Below are positions 15,111 to 22,446 of a DNA stretch of 27,854 nucleotides, one piece after another. The stretch's first letter is position 1. Every line of letters starts with the position of its first letter. The position numbers and the translations under genes were made by a program. Below the pieces are notes generated by a model. That model made no database searches. It was not told the origin of the DNA and saw only the letters and a list, made by a program, of their open reading frames with translations. Origin of the DNA: Gaiellaceae bacterium (GTDB lineage: Bacteria; Actinomycetota; Thermoleophilia; Gaiellales; Gaiellaceae); contig JBIOZO010000077.1 of assembly GCA_044871215.1 (NCBI GenBank), positions 1 to 27,854 on the forward strand, read 5' to 3'.

Positions 15111-16151
15111 GTGAACCTGGAGACCGGAACCGTCAAGCTCACCGACCTCGCCTCGTGCGGGGGCTGCGCCGCCAAGTACTCGGCCGCGCGCCTCGAGCAG
15201 TTGCTCGCAGGATTCGTCCCGGCAGAGGCCGAGGACCTGCTCGTCGGGCTCGCCCCTGCGGACGACGCCGCCGTCTACCGGCTCGACGACGAGCGGGCGC
15301 TGATCTTTACGCTCGACTTCTTCCCGCCGGTCGTGGACGACCCCGGCGACTACGGCGCGATCGCTGCGACCAACGCATTGAACGACGTGTTCGCGATGGG
15401 CGGCACGCCGCTGCTCGCGCTGTCGATCGCGGCGTTCCCGGAGGAGCTGCCGATGGAGATGCTGGCCGAGATCTTCGCGGCCGCCGACAAGCAGGTGCGC
15501 GCGGCCGGAGGGCTGCTGGCAGGCGGTCATACGATCCGTGACGCCGAGCCGAAGTACGGTCTCGCCGTCGTCGGCACCGTCCACCCGAAGGGCATCTGGC
15601 CGAAGAACGGCGCGCGGCCGGGAGATGCGGTCTTCCTCACCAAGCCGCTCGGCACCGGGCTGATCATGAGCGGCTACAAGCGCGGCCAGGCGGGCGTGCA
15701 GCAGCTCGAGCGCGCGATCCGCTGGATGCGAACGCTGAACAACGAGGCGGCCGACGTGCTGCGCGGGCTCGAGCCGAGCGCCGTCACCGACGTTACGGGC
15801 TTCGGCCTCTTCGGCCATGCGCACGAGGTCGCCGACCGGAGCGGCGCGCGGATCGTGCTCGAGTCCGAGCGCTTCCCCGCCATCGACGGCGCGCTCGACG
15901 CGGCGCGTCAGGGCGTCCGCACGAGCGGCGACCCGCGCAACCGCGACTTCGCCGCGAGCCATGTCGAGCTGGCCGACAGCGTGCCCGACGCGCTCGACGC
16001 GCTCGGTTACGACCCCCAGACGGCCGGCGGTCTGCTCGTGACGATCCCTGCTGAACGCGGCCCCGCGCTCGAGGCGGAGTTCGAGTCGCGCAAGCTGTTC
16101 GTCCGCCGCATCGGCCGCGTGGAGGAAGGCGCCGGCGTCACCGTCGCCTGA
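15111..16151 (+). CDS. selD: Selenide, water dikinase (selenophosphate synthetase), Cys form
   Basis: SCGGCAAK active-site motif (TGC codon, not TGA), DDAAV, DFFPP, NALNDVFAMG, GGHT, DVTGFGL and DPQTAGGLL. Confidence 0.95.
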   Translation: MNLETGTVKLTDLASCGGCAAKYSAARLEQLLAGFVPAEAEDLLVGLAPADDAAVYRLDDERALIFTLDFFPPVVDDPGDYGAIAATNALNDVFAMGGTPLLALSIAAFPEELPMEMLAEIFAAADKQVRAAGGLLAGGHTIRDAEPKYGLAVVGTVHPKGIWPKNGARPGDAVFLTKPLGTGLIMSGYKRGQAGVQQLERAIRWMRTLNNEAADVLRGLEPSAVTDVTGFGLFGHAHEVADRSGARIVLESERFPAIDGALDAARQGVRTSGDPRNRDFAASHVELADSVPDALDALGYDPQTAGGLLVTIPAERGPALEAEFESRKLFVRRIGRVEEGAGVTVA

Positions 16152-16155
16152 GCCC

Positions 16156-16683
16156 GTGGCCCGCGGGATGATCCACGGGCGCTTTCAGCCCTTTCACAAC
16201 GGCCATCTCGAGTACCTGAAGGGCGCCGCGGAGCGCTCGGACGAGGTGTTCGTCGGGATCACGAACCCCGACCCGGCGCGCATCAAGCCCGAGGCCTCGG
16301 ATCCGCTCCGCCACCTGCCCGAGTCGAATCCGTTCACCTACGTCGAGCGGCTGCTGATGGTGAAAGCGGCCGCGACGGATGCCGGCCTCGCACCCGAGCG
16401 GCTGCACGTGATCCCCTTCCCGGTCAACGAGCCGGAGCTCTGGGACGCGTACGTGCCGCCCGACGTCGTCCAGTACATCCGGCTCTTCTCGGACTGGGGT
16501 GGGACGAAGCTGGAACGCCTTCGCGCCGCAGGCTACGAGGTGGTCGTGCTCGACGAAGGGGCCGAGAAGCAGCTCTCGGGAGCGGACGTCCGGGCCGCCC
16601 TGCGCGCCGACGACAATTGGGAACAACTGGTGCCGCCGGGCGTCGCGGCCGCGATCAAGCGGCTCGAGCGCGTGCCCGTGTAA
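16156..16683 (+). CDS. HxGH-type nucleotidyltransferase, NMN adenylyltransferase (NadM)-like
   Basis: GRFQPFHNGH motif, NPFTYVER, and a C-terminal SGADVR...W..LVP resembling archaeal/NadM NMNAT; 4 nt after selD. Confidence 0.85.
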   Translation: MARGMIHGRFQPFHNGHLEYLKGAAERSDEVFVGITNPDPARIKPEASDPLRHLPESNPFTYVERLLMVKAAATDAGLAPERLHVIPFPVNEPELWDAYVPPDVVQYIRLFSDWGGTKLERLRAAGYEVVVLDEGAEKQLSGADVRAALRADDNWEQLVPPGVAAAIKRLERVPV

Positions 16684-16699
16684 GGGTTTTCTAAGGAGG

Positions 16700-16725
16700 C
16701 AAAACTTTTCCGCGGCTCGGCCGTT
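16700..16725 (+). promoter_or_regulatory. Candidate ECF-sigma promoter
   Basis: CAAAAC-N16-CGTT, matching the generic ECF AAC...CGT spacing, about 40 nt before the ATG at 16765. Confidence 0.35.
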
Positions 16726-16764
16726 TGAACCCGTGAGCAATCGCCGCAACCCAGGGGGTTTCGA

Positions 16765-17637
16765 ATGCGCATCGCCGTACTCGCCGCAGTCGCCACGCTC
16801 GCGCTCGCCGTTACCGGCGCGTCGCAGCCGGCGGCGCAGGTGACCAAGACGTTCTCGATCACGGCCACGGGCTTCACCCCGACGAGCCGCACGATCGCGA
16901 CCACGGACGCAATCAAGTGGACGAATAAGGACACCAAGACGCATCAGGTCGTCGCCAACAACGGCAGCTTCGCCTCGCCGGTGCTCGCGCCCGGCAAGAG
17001 CTACACGCACACCTTCAACACGGCCGGCACCTTCCGCTTCCACGACGCGCTGCACCCCGCGCTGACCGGCAGGGTGGTCGTGACCGGCCCGCCGCCTGCG
17101 ATCACGATCGGGGCGACGACGCCGATCCTTGACTACGGGCAGTCCACGCACATCTCCGGCGTCGTTTCGAACGGCAAGGCCGGCGAGACGGTGACCGTGT
17201 ACGCGACGCCGTACGGCACGACTTCCCCGGTCCTGATCGGGACGCTGCTGACCAGCACCAACGGCGTCTGGGATCTCGTCGTCAAGCCCACGCGGCTCAC
17301 GAGCTACTCGGCGCATTGGAAGACCACCGTGAGCCAGCCGATCGGGATCCAGCTCCGCCCGACGGTCGTCTTCGGCGCGAACAAGAAGATCGGCTCGGTC
17401 AAGGTCAAGGCCGACCGCTCGCTGACCGGCAAGAAGGTGTACCTGCAGAAATTCACCAAGTTCCACGAGTGGGTCAAGGTTCGCTCGGTGATCCTCGGCA
17501 ACGGCTCGGCCAAGCGCTTCGCGCTCGGACTTCCGCACCGCCACCGCTACGCGATCCGCATCTTCATGTCGCTGAACCAGATCGGGGCCGGCTACCTCGA
17601 CGGCTTCAGCAAGACCGTCGTCGTCAAGACGGCGTAG
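16765..17637 (+). CDS. Secreted protein with an N-terminal cupredoxin (amicyanin/plastocyanin-like) domain and a beta-rich C-terminal region
   Basis: Signal peptide; 'IKWTNKDTKTHQV' and 'YTHTFNTAGTFRFHDALHPALTGRVVV' match the cupredoxin pattern, but with Cys->Asp and Met->Leu. Confidence 0.8.
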   Translation: MRIAVLAAVATLALAVTGASQPAAQVTKTFSITATGFTPTSRTIATTDAIKWTNKDTKTHQVVANNGSFASPVLAPGKSYTHTFNTAGTFRFHDALHPALTGRVVVTGPPPAITIGATTPILDYGQSTHISGVVSNGKAGETVTVYATPYGTTSPVLIGTLLTSTNGVWDLVVKPTRLTSYSAHWKTTVSQPIGIQLRPTVVFGANKKIGSVKVKADRSLTGKKVYLQKFTKFHEWVKVRSVILGNGSAKRFALGLPHRHRYAIRIFMSLNQIGAGYLDGFSKTVVVKTA

Positions 17638-17676
17638 CGCTCTTCCGGAGACACGGCGCGGGTTAGCCTCCGCGCC

Positions 17677-18924
17677 GTGTATCCGATCTTCGTCCTCCTC
17701 CTCGACGGCCTGGCTGACCGAGCGCACGAAACACTGGGCGGGCGCACTGGCAACGAGGCCGCTGACACGCCGAATCTCGATGTCCTCGCCGCACGTGGCT
17801 CGTGCGGGCTCCTCTACGCCGTCGGGCCGGGCCGCGCGCCGTCGAGCGAGGTCGCGCACTGGTCGATGCTCGGCTACCGGCCCGACGAGTTCCCCGGCCG
17901 CGCGGTCTTCGAGGCGCTCGGACGTGGGCAGGAGGTGAGCGACAACCACGTCTTTGCCTACGCGGCGTTGCGACCTGCGGAGCGGCGCGAGGACGGCTGG
18001 TGGCTGACGGGTCGCCCCGATCCCGGCAACGACGCCGAGCTCGCCCGGGAGCTGGTCGAGCGCTGTGACCCGATCGAGGTCGACGGCTTCACGTTCTCGC
18101 TGACCCACGTCTGGCGCGGCGAGGCCGTGCTGCGAATCTCCGGCGGGGCCGACGAGCGGGTGACCGACAGCGACGCGTTCTTCCGCGCCTGGCACCCGAT
18201 GCTGCGGCCGCAGCCGCTCGTGCCCGCCGCCGAGCGCACCGCCGCGGCGTGCGAGGTTTGGACGCGCGAGGTGATGCGGCGCCTGGAGGGCGAGCGCTTC
18301 AACGTGATCACGCTCAAGTGGTTCGGGCGGCCGCGGCGGGTGCCGAGCTTCCTCGAGCGGCACGGTGTGACCGGTGCCCTCGCCGCCGACTCGGCGTTCC
18401 TGCGCGGCCTGGGGACCGCGCTCGGGCTCGAGGCGGTCGACGCGCCGGAGACCGACGACCCGGTCGAGGATCTGCGCGGCCGCCTGGCCCTTGCGCGCGA
18501 GCGGCTAGACGCGGGCGATAGCTTCGTCTTCTGCCACCAGAAGACGACCGACGCGGCCGGGCACACGAAGGACCCGACCGTCAAGCGCGACACGATCGCA
18601 TCGCTCGACGCGGCGCTGGATGACCTGCCGACCGACCGCGCGATCGTCTGCATCACCGGCGATCACGCCACGCCGGCCTCGCCGGACGTCATCCACTCGG
18701 GCGACCCGGTGCCGCTGCTCGTGGCCGGCCCGGGCGTGCGAGCCGACGACGTGACGGAATTCGGCGAGCTCCCGTTCGCGGGCGGCATCCTCGGCCAGCT
18801 GCGAGGCCCTGACCTGATGCCGGTGCTGCTGAACGCGGCCGATCGTCCACTCTTCCTCGGCTCGCGCCCGACTCCCTTCGAAGGCGCCGACGGCTACCCG
18901 GCCCTTCTGGAGCCACTTCTCTAG
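17677..18924 (+). CDS. ApgM-like cofactor-independent phosphoglycerate mutase family (alkaline phosphatase superfamily); leaderless
   Basis: LLDGLAD, TPNLD.LA..G, PSSEVAHWSMLGY, HQKTTDAAGH and TGDHATP...HSGDPVP. TAGCCT (17664-17669) lies 7 nt before the GTG. Confidence 0.85.
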   Translation: MYPIFVLLLDGLADRAHETLGGRTGNEAADTPNLDVLAARGSCGLLYAVGPGRAPSSEVAHWSMLGYRPDEFPGRAVFEALGRGQEVSDNHVFAYAALRPAERREDGWWLTGRPDPGNDAELARELVERCDPIEVDGFTFSLTHVWRGEAVLRISGGADERVTDSDAFFRAWHPMLRPQPLVPAAERTAAACEVWTREVMRRLEGERFNVITLKWFGRPRRVPSFLERHGVTGALAADSAFLRGLGTALGLEAVDAPETDDPVEDLRGRLALARERLDAGDSFVFCHQKTTDAAGHTKDPTVKRDTIASLDAALDDLPTDRAIVCITGDHATPASPDVIHSGDPVPLLVAGPGVRADDVTEFGELPFAGGILGQLRGPDLMPVLLNAADRPLFLGSRPTPFEGADGYPALLEPLL

Positions 18925-18934
18925 GCTTCGGCGC

Positions 18935-19861
18935 GTGCACGTCGAATCGACGACGCTCCGGCGGTTCGAGCTCTCGCCCGCGCGCTACTTTCAACTCACG
19001 CTTGTCTCGCTCGGCGCGCTCTGGCTGATCGTGGTCACCGGCGCGGCCGTGCGCTTGACGAACTCCGGTCTCGGTTGCCGTCACTGGCCCGGCTGCGAGA
19101 AGGGTGCGCCGCTGCCGGCGAAGGACTACCACGCGTTCATCGAATTCGGCAACCGAGCGCTCGGCGGGATCGTGATCCTCGTGGTGCTCCTGACGGCGGT
19201 GGCCGCGTTCATCGTGCCCGGTCTCGGCCGTTGGCGCCGACTCGCAGTCGCGATCTTCGTCGGCACGCTTGCCCAGGCACCCTTGGGCTATCTCGCCGTC
19301 CACAGCGACCTGCACTGGCCCGTCGTGGCCGCGCACCTCCTGCTGTCGATGGCGCTCCTCGCAGGCGCGGTCGTGCTGGCGCTGGAGACGCTCGCACTTC
19401 GCTCCGGCCGCGCCGAGCCGTTCGCGCCGCGAGAGCTGCGGCTGTGGTCGCTCGCCGTCACGGCCACCGCGGCCATCCTGCTCGTCACGGGCACGCTCGC
19501 GACAGCCGGCGGGCCGCACTCAGGCGGCGGCGCGCAGCAGGTCGACCGCCTCTGGCGCCTGCAGCCGCTGATCTACGTCCACGCCGCGGCGGTGGCAGTC
19601 TTCGCGATCGCGCTCGTCTTCGTCCTCGGCTATCTGGCGGCGGGCCGCGCGCGGTGGCCGCGGCTGTTCGCGCTCGGGCTCGCGGTCTTCGTCGCGCTGC
19701 TCGTTCAGATGGGACTGGGCGATCTCCAGTACCGGACGCACCTCCCCTGGGAGCTGGTGCTCGTCCACGTCGGGCTTGCTGCGGCCGTCTGGGCGCTGCT
19801 CGTCGCCTTCGTCACGGTTCTTTGGCGCCCGCCGGCCGCTCTCGCGGCAGGCCGCACGTAG
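18935..19861 (+). CDS. ctaA: COX15/CtaA (heme A synthase) family membrane protein
   Basis: About 8 TM; GAAVRLTNSGLGC..WPGC loop, IEFGNR, and His in VAAHLL, YVHAA and LVHVG. Confidence 0.8.
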   Translation: MHVESTTLRRFELSPARYFQLTLVSLGALWLIVVTGAAVRLTNSGLGCRHWPGCEKGAPLPAKDYHAFIEFGNRALGGIVILVVLLTAVAAFIVPGLGRWRRLAVAIFVGTLAQAPLGYLAVHSDLHWPVVAAHLLLSMALLAGAVVLALETLALRSGRAEPFAPRELRLWSLAVTATAAILLVTGTLATAGGPHSGGGAQQVDRLWRLQPLIYVHAAAVAVFAIALVFVLGYLAAGRARWPRLFALGLAVFVALLVQMGLGDLQYRTHLPWELVLVHVGLAAAVWALLVAFVTVLWRPPAALAAGRT

Positions 19862-19870
19862 ACTGACCGA

Positions 19871-20758
19871 GTGGCGGACGAGCTTCGCATCGACCACCGG
19901 CCGGAGCTCGAACGGCCGGTTCTCGTCGCGGCCTTCCGCGGCTGGAACGACGGAGCGCAGGCGGCCTCGCTGGCCGCCGGGTACCTGGCCAAGACGTGGG
20001 GCGCCGAGCGCTTCGCGGAGGTCGATCCCGAGAACTTCTTCGACTTCCAGGCGGCCCGGCCGCACGTCTCGCTGGAAGAGGGGCTGACCCGCAGGATCGA
20101 CTGGCCCGAGACGGTCTTCTACCACGCCCGCCCGGACGGGCTCGACCGCGACCTCGTGCTCCTGCTCGGGATCGAGCCGAACCTACGCTGGCGCACCTTC
20201 ACCGACCTCGTGGTCGGTCTCGCCGAGGAGCTCGGGATCGAGATGCTGATCACGCTCGGCGCCCTCCTCGCGGACGTGCCGCACACCCGCTCGGCGCCGG
20301 TCACCGGCAGCGCGACCGACAAGGAGCTCGTCGAGCGGCTCGGGCTCTCGGCCTCGCGCTACGAGGGCCCGACGGGGATCGTCGGCGTCCTGCACGACGT
20401 CTGCGGCAAGCGCGGGATCGCCTCGGCGAGCCTCTGGGCGGCCGTGCCCCACTACGTCTCGTTGACGCCGAGCCCGCGTGGCGCGCTCGCGCTCTGCGAG
20501 CGGCTCGGCTCGGTGCTCGGCATCGAGATCGAGGCCGGCGAGCTCGAGGAGGCGGCTGCCAACTACGAGGAGCAGGTCAGCGAGGCCGTCGCCTCCGACG
20601 AGGAGACGGCCGCCTACGTCGACGAGCTCGAGCGGCGGTCGGACCAACTCGAGGACGCGACCGAGCTACCCTCGGGCGACGCGCTCGCGGCCGAGCTGAC
20701 GCGCTTCCTGCGTGAGCGCGACGAGGAAGACGGCGAAGACGCCGCCAGAGACCAGTAG
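19871..20758 (+). CDS. PAC2-family (proteasome assembly chaperone-like) protein; leaderless
   Basis: FRGWNDGA, FFDFQAARP, GIEPNLRW, LLADVPHTR and LWAAVPHY. TAGACT (19859-19864) lies 6 nt before the GTG. Confidence 0.9.
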   Translation: MADELRIDHRPELERPVLVAAFRGWNDGAQAASLAAGYLAKTWGAERFAEVDPENFFDFQAARPHVSLEEGLTRRIDWPETVFYHARPDGLDRDLVLLLGIEPNLRWRTFTDLVVGLAEELGIEMLITLGALLADVPHTRSAPVTGSATDKELVERLGLSASRYEGPTGIVGVLHDVCGKRGIASASLWAAVPHYVSLTPSPRGALALCERLGSVLGIEIEAGELEEAAANYEEQVSEAVASDEETAAYVDELERRSDQLEDATELPSGDALAAELTRFLRERDEEDGEDAARDQ

Positions 20759-20761
20759 CCG

Positions 20762-22411
20762 CTAGCCGAACGTAAACGCGTAGGCCGCGATCCCGGGCGT
20801 GAAGCGCAGCTCCAGCGCGCCTTCGGCCAACCCGGCGTAGTGCAGCAACGTGTAGAGGCGGCTCAGGCCGCTGACAGGGATCGTCTTCACGGAACGGCCG
20901 CCGACGATCACTTGCAGCCGGCCCTTGCCGCTCAAGACGAGGTAGACGTTCTGTGCGAGGAAGTGCAGGCGCAGCCGCGCGTTGTGGACGGCGACGATCC
21001 GCTGGCGCTCGACCTTCCAGATGCCCGCGTAGGCGAGGTCGTTGAGCGGAATCTCACGTGGGAAGCGGTAGCTGACGGGCACGTTCGCCGAGAGGGGCGA
21101 GCCCACGTAGCGGTCGAGCCGCTCCCAGCCGAGGTACGACTCGGGCGTGGTCAGGTGCTGCGGCGTGCGGTCCTTCACCGAGGCGAGCTGCGCGGTCGCG
21201 GGCTCGCCGAGCAGGGACCGGATTGTCTCCTCGGTCTCGCCGTACTGCCCCTCGCCCTTCTTGATCTCCCGCACGTTGCCGCGCTTGTCGATCAGGTACT
21301 CCGCCGGCCAGGAGTCGTTCTGGTACGCGTCCCACGTCTTGTAGCCGTTGTCGATCGCGACCGGATAGCGGACGCCGAGCTTGCGCGTGGCCTCGCGGAC
21401 GTTCGAGACCACGTGTTCGAACGCGAACTCGGGCGTGTGCACGCCGACGATCACGAGCCCGGCCTTGCGGTAGCGCTTGTCCCACGCCTCGAGGTGCGGA
21501 AGCGTGCGCAGGCAGTTGATGCACGAGTACGTCCAGAAGTCGACGAGCACGACCTTGCCGCGGAGCCCCTGGAGGGTCAGCGGCTTCGAATTGATCCACT
21601 GGGACACTCCAGCGAAGTCGGGCGCCGCACCGTAGTTCGCGAGCTTGCTCGCTGCCGGCTCGGCCTTGAAGCGCGCGGGGCCGCGGTGCTGGAGCTTCGC
21701 GAGCTCGTCCCGTGCGACCGAGCTGCGCTCCGCGCCTTGCAGCGCGTGCGTGTAGTCCGGGAACCAGGTCTGCAGCTTCGTGTCGGCGTTGAAGACGAGC
21801 GCGAGCGCGGCCAGCGCCAGGACCACGCCGAGGCCGGTGCGCAGCGCCTGGGCGTTCATCCGGATGCGCCTCGTCGCCCGCTGGCCAAGCGCCGCGATCG
21901 CCAGCATCGGCAGTGCGGCGCCGAGCGCGTAGGCGAGGGTGATCGCGATCGTCTGCCAGCCGAGGTGCACGCGAGCGGCGTTCGCCGAGATCGCGCCGAT
22001 GATCGGGCCGCCGCACGGGACGAATACGAGCCCGAGGCTCGCGCCGAGCAGGAAGCCGCCGCCGAGGTCGCTTCCGGGACTGCGGCGGCTCAGCCGAGCG
22101 AGCGGCCGCTCGAGCCAGACGCCGAACTGCGGGATGATGAGGCTAGCCGCCACGAGGAAGAGCAGGCCGATCGAGAGGTTGCGCAGGAAGTCCTGCGGCA
22201 GGTGGAGCTGTCGCAGCAGCCAGGTCGCCATCAGCGTGAAAGTCGCGAAGCTCGCGACGAGGCCGGCGATGATCGCGTACGGCTTACGCCGGCCGCCCGT
22301 CGCGCCGCCGGCGAACAGGATCGGCAGCACGGGGAACACGCACGGCGAGATCGCGGTGACGATGCCCGCGGCGAAGGCGATCGGGAGCAGGATCAGGAAG
22401 CGCCCGTCCAT
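20762..22411 (-). CDS. dipZ: DipZ-type cytochrome c biogenesis/redox protein (CcdA TM domain + thioredoxin + C-terminal domain)
   Basis: ISPCVFP and FVPCGGP CcdA cysteines; DFWTYSCINC, GVHTPEF and TPESYLG. Confidence 0.92.
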   Translation of the reverse strand: MDGRFLILLPIAFAAGIVTAISPCVFPVLPILFAGGATGGRRKPYAIIAGLVASFATFTLMATWLLRQLHLPQDFLRNLSIGLLFLVAASLIIPQFGVWLERPLARLSRRSPGSDLGGGFLLGASLGLVFVPCGGPIIGAISANAARVHLGWQTIAITLAYALGAALPMLAIAALGQRATRRIRMNAQALRTGLGVVLALAALALVFNADTKLQTWFPDYTHALQGAERSSVARDELAKLQHRGPARFKAEPAASKLANYGAAPDFAGVSQWINSKPLTLQGLRGKVVLVDFWTYSCINCLRTLPHLEAWDKRYRKAGLVIVGVHTPEFAFEHVVSNVREATRKLGVRYPVAIDNGYKTWDAYQNDSWPAEYLIDKRGNVREIKKGEGQYGETEETIRSLLGEPATAQLASVKDRTPQHLTTPESYLGWERLDRYVGSPLSANVPVSYRFPREIPLNDLAYAGIWKVERQRIVAVHNARLRLHFLAQNVYLVLSGKGRLQVIVGGRSVKTIPVSGLSRLYTLLHYAGLAEGALELRFTPGIAAYAFTFG

Positions 22412-22446
22412 GCGCTATGGGTGCAGTCTGCTGGGGACGCCCGGCG

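Noticed and set aside
15061-15114. 17-codon uORF MDETPTVPETDFREKPP overlapping the selD start
   Set aside because: No SD or leaderless -10 in front, AT-ending codons, and no informative composition.
15153-15180. Selenocysteine UGA in the selD active site
   Set aside because: The codons are TGC (SCGGCAAK), so this is the Cys form; there is no in-frame TGA.
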